Origin: Callorhinchus milii
Lineage: Eukaryota
Length of the DNA stretch: 64,000 bases
Assembly: GCF_018977255.1 (NCBI RefSeq)
Contig: NW_024704743.1
Coordinates: 5,706,001 to 5,770,000, forward strand
Reading direction: 5' to 3'
Shown here: piece by piece, positions 12,201 to 26,276 of the stretch
Position numbering within the stretch: the stretch's first letter is position 1
Layout of the letters: each line of letters starts with the position of its first letter
The notes under the pieces: generated by a model
The model's input: the letters and a program-made list of their open reading frames with translations, nothing else
What the model was told of the DNA's origin: nothing
The model's database searches: none
Made by a program: the position numbers and the translations under genes

Positions 12201-15200
12201 GGCAATACTAGATGATATCATCAAGAGTATTATGGGAAATTATGTAGTCAGAGAGTAAGTCTAGACTGTTAGTTTGTCTTTTTTTTAAATTACAAATAAA
12301 TATAAGATTTTAAATGGGATTGAGAATGTAAACTCAGAACATTCATTTTAGATGCACTGAGGAAGCAGTACCAGAAGCCAAAGTGTACAGTTGCAAAGAG
12401 CAATTTCAGGACAGACATCAAGAATTATTTCTTCTCCCAGAGGATAAATAACAGCAGGAACAGGTTACCAGGAAGATTGATTGAGGCCAGATTACTGGGA
12501 TCATTTAAAAAAAACAGCTTGATGTTGTGATAGGAGGACAGCAGGGTGGATAGTCTGCGAGGCTGAGGTCAAATAATCAAAGGATCTTCTTCAACCAAAC
12601 CTTCATTGTGATGTAATCATAGTATTAGTAGTTTCATCTCAGAAAAAAGTTATAAGAAACCCACAAGAACAGTAAAATGAAAATTTAGCAGTATTTTTTC
12701 ACCCAGAACATTCTTGGAATGTGGAACACCCTGCCAAGTAGGGTACTGGAGATATAGTCCTTTGTAGCTTTCAAGAGGCAAGTAGGTAGGCATATGAAAG
12801 AGGGGCTTGAAGGGGTATGGGGATAATCTGGGGCAGTGGGATTGAGTTGATCTCTTTGCTCTGTGCGCTGGTCCAGACATGATGAGCTGAATGGCATCTT
12901 TCAGACACGTAGATTACGATGTTTCACATAGAGGTAATGATGCATGAATAAAACAGAAACATATCTGAATCTGAAATTTGCCCACAAAATACACAGTCAA
13001 TCCCCACTTTACGATAAATCCTAGGAAGCGCTTTGGAAGTGAAACGTCATCCTGAATTGAAAGGTATTATATCAAATGCAAGGATTATTATTATTATATG
13101 TTGGCCATGTACACCAAGCACCTCTGCACATACATCAACACATATGCATGATGCAGTACGCAGCCGGGTGTCTGACACATGCAGAAACACATCACCATGT
13201 TTACAAGTATCCAAACCAATCTAAGAATTCCATGCATCCACCTATACATGGAAATTCCAGAGATATTTATTGGAATAAAATGCTCACTCTATCCCTGGAG
13301 GGACGTACCCTGCTTACCCATCCTTTGGTTGAGATGTCCAACCGAGCTCCTCTCTGCCTGTTCAAGTGGATGCTAAAGAATATAATGGCGCTATTTGAAA
13401 AGAAAACTGAATTTTTCTGTCCCAGTGCCCTGACCAACAAGAATAATAATATTAATTCTTGAATTTGAGATAGCGCCTTATCACATCTTCGAAATGTCTC
13501 AAAGCGCTTCACAGAATATACTGTAAAGTGAATTGACTGTATGTTTTGTGGGCAAAACGTGGCAGCCAATTGCACACAGGAGTGTCCCACAAACAGTCAT
13601 GGATTGAAATGACCAATTTATTTATTTTTTTAAGGAATTATTACCCCTGGAAAAGCGATCTGCCAATTTACTAACAACCAGGTTCCTTTTTACTGCTAGG
13701 TCAACAGAGGCGTGTGGAGTAAGGAAACCTGTCTGTTTGCGAGGCGAATGCCCTAACCACTGAGCTACAGGACTCCACAGTCCCCCAAAATAAAATTGGT
13801 CACTCATTCCATGGTTGCTTATGAGACATTGCAAACTGGTGCCCAGTTCTGTCCACAGAATACATAGTCACTCCACTTTACAGTATATCCTGTGAAGTGC
13901 TTTGAGACATCTCGATGACATGGAAAGGCACTTTACCAAGTGCAAGGATTAAATCTAATTCCGGAAAGTATATGATGCAGGTTGGTAAGAGCCAAGGCTT
14001 GGGAACAACAACAACAACAACAAGATTCCATTTATAAAGCGCCTTTCACGTCAGGAGGACGTCCCAAGGCGCTGCACAGTTGGGTCATGACCCGAGCAGG
14101 GGGGAAATGGTCAGGGTGAGGGGAGGGAAGGGAGGGAGGGAAACCCAGAATGTGCGTTTAAGTCTAACCAGCTAAAACTGCATAGGTTGCCATTGAAAGC
14201 ACTGTCTGGCAAGCTTTCCCGCTGCTTTTCCAGTTAGGACCACCCTACCAATTGGGGATTTGGCTTGCAGGATTATTGAGAGCTGGATAGGAAGTGTCCT
14301 GCCCCCAGTGACTGGCCTTGCACTTCTAAGTCCTGCTGATGATGGGCCTAGCTGTGTTGACATTAACGGTGCCCTGGAATACAGCAGACCCATCTGGCTC
14401 AGGAACTATACAACCAAGACCATCCCAGAAGGTTGGCTCGGATTCCACCTGAACAGGCAGAAAGAACCTCAATGACATTTCATTGCCAGACATGTCATCC
14501 GGGAGCCAGTTCGACTCCAAGAGACCCCACTTAACGTACCCCCAAGGAAGATAGTCACCAGTTAGCGACCTACAAAAATACAGAAGTGCATTGCAATGGT
14601 GTTGCGTGTTTCAACAAATACAGCAAGTGGGATGAGCTTAAGTGAGCGTTGCATTAATTGATGTATCTCATTCACGTGGGCCAGTTAAATATAATAGCAT
14701 TACAGAATGGAGCTGAATATATGTTTCAAATTCCCCTGCTGCGTCTCATATAAGGCGATTGCTTGTTAATAATTGGACTTTACTAGAATAGCATTTGAAG
14801 CAGCTGGATTTATCCCCGGTATATAATAATAATAATATAATAATCTTTGCATTTGATATAGCGCCTTATCATGGCTTCGAGACGTCTCAAAGTGCTTCAA
14901 AAAATATACTGTAAAGTGAATTGGCTATATATTTTGTGGGCGAAACACGGCAGCCAATTGCGCACAGCAGTGTCCCACAAACAGTCATAGACTGAAGTGA
15001 CCAAGTTATTATTATTAGTTTTTTTTGAAGGAATTATTACCCACGAAAAAGCGATCCGCTAATTAACTAACAACTAGGTTTCTACTTACTGCTAGTAAAC
15101 AGGCGTGTGGAGCAAGTTTCGCCCTGCCGGGAATCAAACCCAGATGTCTTGCTTGCAAGGCGAGTGCTCTAACCATTGAGCTACAGGACTCCACGGTAAA

Positions 15201-18151
15201 CTATGAGTCATTGCTTCTGAATGTATGATTGCAGGAGTTAGGGGAATTCAGTAAAGCCACATTGAGGTGTACTGTAAGAACAGAATAATTATAACAGCAA
15301 TAAGAAAAAAAATTATAATTAAAATAATGCTTCCATCAAATGCAAGTATTATTATCATTTGATATAACGCATTTCATGTCAGGAGGACTCCTCAAAATGT
15401 TTTACAGGATCTATGATGTGTAGTGAGTGTACATTTTGTGGGCGAACACCAGTATTTATACTGCAATCTGTGTATTGATCCCAGCTGACTAAACTCCCAA
15501 GTTGGAAAACTTTAAATGCTAAACTGTACTGAAAATTTATATTCTTTTTAACAATTGTGGGTGAATCAGATGATCTACCAAAATGTAGGCATTGTTAGGT
15601 TGACCTGCTGCAATAAGTTGTTTTCCCAGCCACAGTACAGTATATAAGAATTTTATATTACAAGATCACAAGAGAGGTCTGGATGAAGAAGACTTTTTTC
15701 CAAATACTCACCCACCATCAAGCTGTTTGTTAAATGGGTCAAGTGTCCTGGCATTAATTACCTTTAATAATAATAATAATCCTTGCATTTGATATAGCAC
15801 TTTTCACGTCGGGAGGACGTCCCAAAGCTCTTCACAGAACACACTGTAAAGTGAATTGACTGTATATATTTGTGGGCGAACGCGGCAGCCAATTGCACAC
15901 AGCAGTGTCCCACAAACGGTCGTCGATTGAAAATTACCAATTTATTATTGTTTTTGGTTTTGGAGGGATTATTATTAGGCTCTGTGTGGAGTAAGGAAAC
16001 TTGCCCAAGGTTTCGCGTTGTTACTCCTGGTAAAGAAATACTTCCCGGTGTTTTTCCTGAAATTGCCCTTTGCAACCCTGAAACTATAACACCTTGTTTT
16101 GCTGTCTTGGAGTATCTGATAGTATTGGGTTTACTTTTTCAATCTTATTTAAAATCTGATATGCCTCTATAAGGTCCCATCTGAGACTGTCTAATTATTG
16201 CTCATAACTCATTTAACACTGGAGTCGTCCTCATTGATCTTCTTTGCATTGCCTCTAGAGTTTTGACATTCTCCCTTGTGTCTCAGTGACTGGAACTCTA
16301 CGCAATTAACTAATTTTCCCACTATGTATTGATGTGTAGCTCTATATATTTTTCTCTTTTTTTGAGTTTGTCTTATCTCGAAAATGAATCAAATTGAAAT
16401 TATACCCTAGGATTTAAAAGAATTTAAAATGTACAGTTATAATTCATGACTTGTTTGATTTTAAAGCATGAGGAAACATTTTTCACCACCAAAGACAACT
16501 TTGTGTTTCGAGAGACGAGTTTTAATTTCTGCACCGTAGAAAATTCATATCACTTGAAGGGAGAACATTGCATTGTGTGACATCCTTCAGATCGGATGTT
16601 AAAGCAAAGTCTCATTTGCCTGTCCTTAAGTAGACATCGAAGGTTCCATGACAACTTTTAAACAGAAAAAGGAGTTTCTCCTACTGTCCTAGCAAACAAT
16701 CCTCTTGATTAGATCAGGAGTCTTGTAGCATATTGGTTAGAGCACTTGCCTCGCAAGCAAGAGGACCTGGGTTTCATTCCCGTTACGGCTGAAACTTTAG
16801 GCAAGTTTCCTTACTCCGCACGCTGCTGTTTATCTAGCATAAGTAGGAACCTATTTGTTAGTCAATTAATCGCTTTTTTAGGGGTAATAATCCCTTTAAA
16901 AAATGTGGTCACTCAATCCACAACTATTGAGGGACACTGTTGTGGGCAATTGACTGTACATTTTGCCCACAAATTAATTCACTTTACAGTAGAAGCACTT
17001 TGAGACGACTCAATGACATGATAAGATGCTATATCAAACGCAAGGATTATTATTATTATTAATCGATCATTAACTTTGTACCTGTTTGTAGGACCTGTGT
17101 GCCCAAAATAGTTGTCACATTCGCCTACAAAAAACTGTTATTTAATTTGATAGTAATTAGTGTAAAGCACTTTGAGACGTTTCGACATAAAAAGTTCTTT
17201 CTATCTCACCTCACATTACAGTGCCACAACATCACAAAAGTGATACCTATTAATTGCTGGTGCCCAAAACAATTATGCACAAATCGAGTCTTTAACACAT
17301 TTGGAGCTCTCTATCACCTCTGTACTAATGGGGCCATTGTGCCAATTGGCAAGATCTTAATGTAGCATTTATTTTCTACCATCTGTTGTCAGAAAGCTCA
17401 GTCTTGCTCCAGTGCTGTGAGCAGCCACTTTTTCTATGTCTGGTTCTGCCGTCGCTGTACACTGCTCATACAGTGTGAAAGAACTGTGAAACACAGCTGT
17501 TAAATTCACAGAATGGCGGCTCCTTAAAGTGACTGGTTCGAACTCCTGCTAATAACATAATAATAATCCTTGCGTTTGATATAACGTCTTGTCACTTCAT
17601 TGAAATGTTTCAAATCGCTTCACAGGATATATTGTAAAGTGGATTGCCTGGAATTGGGGGGGGTCGAAATCCCCATATGCGGTAAATGGAATAAGTACAA
17701 CTAAGTATAAAAATATGTATCACCTTTAATTTAACTTGTGTAATGGATGCAAATAGTTCATTTTAGTATTTCTGGTTTACATGGTTGCTTTCTCCTTTCT
17801 GTCCTGTTTGTATTGCATGTTGTCTTCCAATCCATATTGCTTAAAAAAAAATGCCTTAGCAAGGCAGAATTCCCTCTCCTATCCTAACTGGTTTCTGTAG
17901 CCCAAAGAACTGCTGTATTTATTCACTGTGGCGTGAATCAGAATCAATTTATACCAACATTTATTTTGGTAGATGTCGTATGAGCAATATTTCCCAAGAT
18001 AACGATAATGTGAATAAACATGTTTCTGCACTTTCGTGTGGTTGAGTCACACAGGGTTGAAAGGGAGATGAAACTAAACAAAAATGTTCAATGTGTGGGT
18101 AAATTTTATTGCATAAACACCTTCATTATTCCATTTGGTTTCAATCCTCAG

Positions 18152-18266
18152 ACTCTTGATCGCAGAACTGCCATCAGAAGATAGTCAAGATGAAGATAAT
18201 CCATATGACTACAGGAAACTGCTTCGTAAAACATCCCAAAGGCATCGTCTTATCAAACAGTTTTAG
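18152..18266 (+). CDS. MYO3A: Myosin IIIA terminal coding exon with THDII actin-binding motif: (R)LLIAELPSEDSQDEDNPYDYRKLLRKTSQRHRLIKQF*
   Basis: tcctcag acceptor, phase 2 fits the upstream exon, TAG at 18264-18266; NPYD(F/Y)RxLLRKTSQR is MYO3A-specific (MYO3B lacks THDII). Confidence 0.93.
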
Positions 18267-18620
18267 CTTAATGACTTGCAGCCTCTTAATCTTGCAGCCT
18301 TTTAAAATATGTTGCTAATGTTATTATCCCATAGGTTACTCTTATGTTCATACTGTGTAGCTGCAGTTACACATGTTATTCCTAAGCTTTGCTTTACCTT
18401 AATCATGAGATAACAAACAGTGTGTAAACATCATTACATTCCTGCATTAAATACGAATCTGTATCTTTCCATGGTGATACTTATTGTTGTTGTGAAAATA
18501 TGCAGCCAAATACACAGTATTGATGTTTAACATGGTGAATACATGAAATTGGTTAATTTACTTGTGGTACAATAATTTTTTAAAAAGGGGTGTGATAAAA
18601 CTAAAGAAAGCAAAATGTAA

Positions 18621-18626
18621 AATAAA
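18621..18626 (+). terminator. Candidate MYO3A polyadenylation signal AATAAA
   Basis: AATAAA ~355 nt after the stop, followed by GT/T-rich sequence; another AATAAA lies near 19118. Confidence 0.45.
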
Positions 18627-21600
18627 GTGTAGATTTTTAAAGAAATGTGTCTGATACTGATGCTTTGTTTATTGAGTGAGAGATCCTCTGTGTTCTCCCT
18701 TTCTCCTTCTTGTCGGCACCAATCTATGAACTCCCTGACAGCAAATACATGCGGAATATATAAAGCATCCAGGCCATCGCTATTCTTAAGACCACTTTAG
18801 TGACTGAGGAACAAAGTAAAGATGGCCAATGCTCTGTAAAGTAACCTCTCAGACTTTCCTTTTGCTTTAAGTTTACATGTAATATGAAACCAATCACAGT
18901 GTAGCTTAGTTTCCAAAGCAATAACATACCTAAGGGTTGAGATGACCTTAGTAAACCACTCAAGCTTCACTCTTGCATTTTATGACATCTCAACCTCCTG
19001 ATATGTTGCACAGTCTCGGAAAGCAGTGCAGATGCTGCGTTATACGTAGCACTGTCAGAAAGAGGGTTCCTTTCGTAACAACGGTTCATTTAATTTCTCT
19101 GACATGTAAATGTGTCAAATAAAATAAGAAAGCAAACTAGAAAATAATACATCTGTCGACGTACATTTAAGGATTTCGGAACCATTTAAAATCTGCCAGG
19201 CATAAAATTAAAGAGATCACAATCATATTTCTAAGAAGCTTGGAAGGAAGGAAAATAGGAATCCATGCAACTGAACACATCTGCTCTATGGTGGCCATGT
19301 TTGCCCACAAAATGCAATCGCTACACTTGACAGTAATTACTTGTGAAACACATTGAACACTTTCAAAGGATTTAATGTAATTAAATCCTTTTAAGACTGT
19401 GGATTGTAATGTGAAAATAACCGCTCTAAGATTTCCCAACCTGTACATGGATCGAGGAACTTTACTTTCTGGTAAAGTCATCTGCTTTCTACTTAATCAG
19501 CACTGGCTTCAGGATGGAGCTGTGCAGTTCATTTTTTTATGTCCAGTTTCTCGAGGTCAAAGGATGGTTTTGTGTGTCTGCAATTGGCGTTAGACAGGAA
19601 TAGTAATCAATTACAATCCAGTCTGGAATAGTTAAGTTTGAAAATGACCAGAATATTAACTGTAATAGGAGTCACGGAGGCCATTCAAGAAAATAGAATA
19701 CAATACAAAATTGCATTTACATAGCGTCTTTCACATCGGGAGGACGTCCCAAGGCACTGGACAGTCAAGGATTTGGGCCCGAGCTGTTCCTTCCTACTCC
19801 CTTAGACAGTTTGATCGTTTTAACTTAAAAGAGAAACATTTATCATACAATGCCTACAACATGCATGGTACCAACACTTTTTTAAACTCACTTAGGTTTG
19901 TGGGACCTGAAGAATTCAGCACTGGCAGGCCACCAGCAATGCTAGCACGTGAACACTTACTGCAGACCCGCTCAGGTCGCTTCGCTTAGCAACAGTTGGC
20001 GAACTCAAGTAGGAGTTTATTCGGTATCAGGCTCTGCCACTGTTAAGTGCTCCGAGCTGCTGCCCCGTGTGAAGGACGTAAATATTGGGACATATGTGCA
20101 TGCGACCGGCAGGAAGGTGGAAGGCGAACGAGATGGACCTTGGTCTTTTGTCGTCTAGCATTTCGTATGTTCTTATAAATGCAAATTGTTGTTGTTATTT
20201 TGGGATTAGGGAGGCTGGCAGACCATTTCACAATGGTAATCAAATTATAAAACTATCATTTTGTTCTCGTTTCAATTTCGACGGACGAACATCTTTTAAA
20301 GATCGCTTCTCCCGGAAATCTGCTGCCCTCATCAGGTGCCGAGTTTGCCAATAGCTAAAGCCACCCCTGTTCACACACCTTATTAGCTTGAAGTACTAAC
20401 TTGGTTAGGACAACATATCCACTGGGATTTTGGCTTGCAATGTTAAAGGCTTATCTACATCTTCAAGTCTCACCGATGAACCACTTAGGCTGGTCAACTA
20501 TCAGGAATGCCTTAGATTATTGCGTACCTGGCTGTATGTCTCCTCAAAACCATTTTTAAATGTGGGAAGATCCTACACGATCCTGGGACGTCCTCCTGAC
20601 GTGAAAGGCGCTTTATAAATGGAATCTTGTTGTTGTTGTTGTTGTACACCTCACTCTCCTAACAGGTAGGCATTAAACAGACATGCTTTGTTGAATCATC
20701 AATAAAGGTGATGGGCTCATTTGATATTTAACATGGACTCAAACCGTTTGGGTTTCTGGCCTTCAACTAAATTGTGCTGCATCTAAACATCTCCGTAATA
20801 ACACCCTTATACATCTAAAAATACATTGAGGTCTTCTTTGTCTAGAAATGAATATCCTCCAGATGTAATAATAATCATCGCATTAGATATTGTACCTTTC
20901 ACATTGGGAGTATGTCTCAAAGAGCTTAACAGGATTGTAAAGTGTAAAGTGTTCTTAATGTGTATTTTTTGTAGTCTCTCTCCATGGTTTTTTTTTGTGC
21001 AGTCTCTGCATGGAGAGACATATTCTGCTTACCTAATTCTGGAGAGTTTTAGGCACAAGTCGGCAAGAGCCAACGTTTGCATTACTATATTAAACAGACT
21101 GTATTGCTGGTGTTTAATCAACTAATGCAAATAGGCAGATTACAGTCATAGAACCATGAAATTTGGTCCATCATATCTGTGTTGATCCTCAATAATCTGA
21201 AGGTATCTCCAATGAACGCTGAAAGGATTGATCAATGGCAAATATGAAATTGCTCCCATTTGATAAAAGATACTAAAGATATTTTTCGAGATTAAACTCC
21301 AATTAAATTTCTCAACAGAGACTCCCAAAAGAACTGGAATATGTCATCTTTGTACCTACCATTGTTAAAGTTTTCTGTTTCTAAGCCGTTAGCAGACATT
21401 TTTCAGCCCAAAATGGGTATTGATTCTTTAAGGCATTCTTCCGTCTTCGTGTATTTTGTTTTTACAAAAAGAGAAAATTCGGCGTCTTGGAATTCTGAGT
21501 ACCATAATCAGCCTCGAAGCAAACTGCTCGGACTCGAGTTCCCGCAGGTCGATGTGCTGCAAAACCAGTTACCAGCAGGATTCAATGTTTTTTTTTAGGT

Positions 21601-23666
21601 TAACCAAGTGTCTGACACACGTGGAAACCTATCACCATGCATAAGAATATCCAAACCAGACTGAGAGTTGCACATATGCATCTCACTGACACGGGGAAAT
21701 GTCTCTGTATCTTGAATGGAATGCACACTCTCTCCTTGGAGAGATACAGCCTGCCTTCCTAATTCCAGAGAGTATTCAGCGCAGGTTGGCAAGAGCCAAA
21801 GTTTGGGGACAGAGCGTTTTTGGGGGTTTTGCTGGAGTTTAACCAGCTACAAATACATTGACACTGAGAGCATCATCTGGTAATGATAATAATAATAATA
21901 ATAATATTAGTAATAATAATCCTTGCATTTGATAAAGCATTTTATCAAGTCTTTGAGATGTTTCGAAGAATATACTGTAAAGTGAATTGACTGTATATTT
22001 TGTGGGCAAAATGTGGCAGCCAATTACGTATAGCAGTGTCCCACAGACAGTCGTGGATTGAGTGACCAAATTATTTTCATTTATTTTGAAGGAAGTATTA
22101 CGCCCGAAAAAGCGATCCACCAATCGACTAACCACCGGGTTCCTACCTAATGCTTGGTAAATAGGCATCTAAGGAAACTTGCCCAATGTTTCACCCGGCC
22201 CGGGAATCAAACCCAGATCATCTCGCTTGCGAGGTGAGTGCTCTCACCACTGAGCTTGCCCCTGCATGGTAAGCTTCCCACTGCCTGGCCAACTAAGACC
22301 ACTCAACCAGTTGGGTTTCAATACTTCAAGGATTCACTGCTTACAAATCAGAGCCATGAATACTGTGTTTTATGCCCCATTGGTATTCCATAGTATTTGA
22401 TAATCTTTCACTGTACATTTCCTTATAACCATCACTCAGTCATTTTGACAAGCTATGTGATTTTAGCTGGTAAACCTCCAGCACTACCCCAACGCACACT
22501 CTGGGGTCTCATAGTCTTGGCTCCCGTCAACCTGTGCTGAATATTATGAGATAAACAGGATACATCTGTTCAGGAAAAGAGTGCGTATTCCATTCCAGAC
22601 ACAGGGAAATTTCTATGTGGAAGTGGCATACATAAATGGAAATGAAGAGGGAGGGAAGATGATCAAAGAGGATCTTAAGATGTTTTAAGAGGTAAGACAA
22701 GGTGGGCTTTAAATGTGTGGCGGTAGGGGGGACTTCTTGATGGATTTCCAGAGAGTAGGGGCAGAATGTCTGAAAGTCTGCCCAATCATGGTGGGAAAAG
22801 TCAGACAGGGGACACGAAGCAGGTCAGTGTTGGCTGAGCAAAAGGAGCAACCAGGTCAACAGAGATGCAGAAAGTCACATTCTTCCAACTAACGTTATAC
22901 TTATATCTGATCTCATAAGCACGTTTTGTCAAGTTGCGCATTAGTAATAATAATAACCTTTACGTTTCACGTGGCGGCTTTTACATCGGGAGGAAGCCTG
23001 AAAACACTCCACAGGATTCACTTTAATAATGTAACCAGTTCGTACCTCAGCAAAGTCTCACAATCATAAGCCTTTCATGTCGGGAGAAGTTTCAAAGCAC
23101 TTCAGAGAATATATTGTAAAGCGTAGTCACTGTTTATTCTGTAGAGGAACGCAGCAGCCAGTTTGCGTACAGTAATGTCCCACAAATAGCTATGGAGTGT
23201 GAGTGACCAGTTTTATTGGGGGAGGGGGGAAGGGGGTGTTGGGTCTGGACACGAGGAGAAACTCACCTATCTTTTTTGAAGAGCATTCAAGACACTAACC
23301 TGTATGAAGGCACTGTATAAATGCAAATTGTTGTTGATGTTGTTGTTGCCTGTACAGGCATTTCTACACCCATGACGATTCCAATGCTGCCCAGACCCAA
23401 AGGCTCTGAAGGGGGCTACGTAAATGCAAATTGTTGTTGTTGCCACTAAAAAGGTTATCCCTGCTGGTTCAAATTTTGCGGTGGTCCAAAAATATTTTTT
23501 TACTGTCTACCTTTTTGTCCAGTCACCACTTTGGTTCAAAGAGCTATGTGGTGGAATCCACTCTGGGTCGTAAAATCAAGGTTATGTTTTCACCAACACA
23601 GCTTTCTTTCTTTGTTTTGTACTTTCTTTGTTTTGTACTTTCTTTGTTTTGTACTTCCTTCCTTCC

Positions 23667-23701
<35 letters not shown>

Positions 23702-23929
23702 ATGTGTTTGTTTGTTTGTTTGTTTATTTATTTATACACATAAAAAAAACTTCATCTGGTCAGTGGTTCAGAAGTTTGGAGTGGCAGTGTTTGCCTGTTA
23801 AGTGAAAAGGTGACTTCTCGCGCCATAATAACGTGCTTGGAATCTAACGAAATGAGGCAAAAAGTGGGTGGATGAAGTCTAAACTTTGTTGATTTATTTT
23901 TCACATTGTTTAATTTTGCACGTCCAAGT

Positions 23930-24445
23930 CACGACCCAGGAGGATTTTATATATATATATAGATATATAGATATATATTGTTTGCACAGTTCCCTGCAAT
24001 TGGCAATTAATATGACTGAGCAAATTGGCCACTTCACACAGTGAGTGAGAGAGAGAGGGAGGGAAGGAGAGGGAAAGAGAGAGGGAGGGAAGAAGAGGGA
24101 GGGAGAGATGGAGGGAGGGAGACCTGATGGTATCACGCGCACACATCCCTGCGATGATGGAGACGGTGATTTCTGGCAGCTGATCGGATGACTTACGTCT
24201 GTGATTTCCTGACGTCTGTTGTGCAGTAAGAGAAGCGAGAGAAAAAAAACCCTCGGCAGAGCCCGGGGCTGGGGTATGGGATGGGATGGGAGGGAGGGAG
24301 GGAGGGGAGGGAGGGAGGGAGCGAGAGAGGATGGAGAGGAATCGTACTGAAACCCAGAGCTGTCAGGTCGTGACTTCTATTCCACGCTCTGATTAAACAC
24401 GGCTTTACGCACAACCGCAACTGTCTCACTTAATGACATCTTCCC
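23930..24445 (+). promoter_or_regulatory. Putative GAD2 upstream regulatory block
   Basis: Mostly unique, CpG-containing sequence; CAATTGGCAATTAAT homeodomain-type cluster (~23997-24011); CRE-like TTACGTCT (24193) and TGACGTCT (24210); GA-rich tracts. Confidence 0.45.
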
Positions 24446-24477
24446 AATTTACCTCGAAGCCACCATCCCATTTAAGT

Positions 24478-25058
24478 CACACACACACACACACACATAC
24501 CCACACACACACCCACACACAAACACACGCACACACAACACAAACACATCCACACACACACCCACATACAAACACACCCACACACAAACACACACAAACA
24601 CATCCACACACAACACAAACACACAAGCACACTCACACACAAACATACCCACACACAAACATATCCACACACACACACACACAAACACATCCACACACAC
24701 ACATCCACACAACCCCACACAGACACACACATACCCACACACACACACACAAACACATCCACACACAACAAACACACACACACATCCACACACAACACAA
24801 ACACCCACACACAAACATACCCACACACACAAACACATCCACACACACACACCCACACACAAACACACACACACAAACACATCCACACACACACACCCAC
24901 ACACACCCACACACAAACATACCCACAGACACAAACATATCCACACACACATCCACACACACACACACACATCCACACACAGACACACACACACATCCAC
25001 ACACAGACACACACACACATCCACACACACACACACACACACACAAACACAAACACCA
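24478..25058. repeat. Compound (CA)n-rich repeat with ACAAACACATCC variants
   Basis: Directly visible; produces the spurious HT/CV ORFs. Confidence 0.95.
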
Positions 25059-25755
25059 CAACAAAAAAGGAAGGAAAAAAGTTTGGGTTTGGGATCTGCA
25101 GTCTGGGTTTATTCTCATGGGTTTCTCTCTCTGGATGATTATCCTCACTTCTTCCAGTTCTTGCTGCTGTTTTTCCATACCCAGGCGACCAAAAAACACT
25201 GAGACGATTGGGACAGGATTTCGAGGCAAAACAAAAAAAAGAGAGAGAGGAAAGAAAAAGAAAGAAGGAGAAAGTAGGAGCTTATATCAAGTACGATATG
25301 GTTGGCATTTACTACAGTTTCCACCCCTCCACCCTTTCTCTCTCTCTCTCTCTCTCTCTCCTCTCTCCTCCCATCCTCACATCCCCCATCCTCAGCCCAT
25401 CTGACAAGAGAGGGAGGGAGGGAGGAGGGAGGGAGGGAGGGTGGGGGTGTGGGTTGATTTGGATGCTCACTATCTTGCCTTCACAGTCACTGTCACACTT
25501 CAGTCCTTGTGTGTGTGTGTGTGTGTGTGTGTGTGACTGTGTGGCTCTGCGTTCTGGGGGGGGGACTTGGTCCAGTGGTGTGTGAGGGTGTGAGTGTGAG
25601 AGAGGAGGGGTGTGGGAGGGAAGAAGGAAGAGGAGGAGGAGGAGGACAGCACTAAATTGCTGAGAAATTAAGGAATTGCAGATCGCAGCCTCTGTGGTGT
25701 CGGGAGATCCTGATCACAGCTCCAGTCAGCTCTGAAGAAGTCTCTCTAGTTATTT

Positions 25756-25788
<33 letters not shown>

Positions 25789-25899
25789 GTAGTCCCAGGG
25801 TTTGTGCGCGATTCAGGCAGATTCAGCATCAGGACCAGAACCATCTCCTGGATGTTTCTGTAAAGTGTCGGCATCTCCAGCAGCTGAAAAGCCATCAGT

Positions 25900-26276
25900 A
25901 ACATCATCAGCATCAGCACCAACGCCAACATCAGCATCAACACCAACGCCAACATCAGCATCAACACCAGTATCAGCATCAGCACAACATCAGCACAACA
26001 TCAGCATCAACATCAGCATCAACACCAGTATCAGCATCAGCACAACATCAGCATCAGCACAACATCAGCATCAGCACAACACCAGCACAACACCAGCACA
26101 ACATCAGCACAACATCAGCACAACATCAGCTCCAGCATCAGCACAACATCAGCACAACATCAGCATCAGCACAACATCAGCATCAGCACAACACCAGCAT
26201 CAGCACCAACATCAGCACAACATCAGCATCAGCACAACATCAGCACAGCACCAGCACCAGCAGCACCAGCACCAGC
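25900..26276 (+). repeat. CATCAG/CACAA compound repeat directly upstream of the GAD2 ATG
   Basis: Directly visible. Confidence 0.92.

Noticed and set aside
24150..24186. C/D-box snoRNA-like ATGATGG...CTGA
   Set aside because: Imperfect C box, too short, no terminal stem
25822..25842. REST/NRSE-like TTCAGCATCAGGAC
   Set aside because: Wrong spacing and mismatched half-sites; adjoins a CAGCAT repeat
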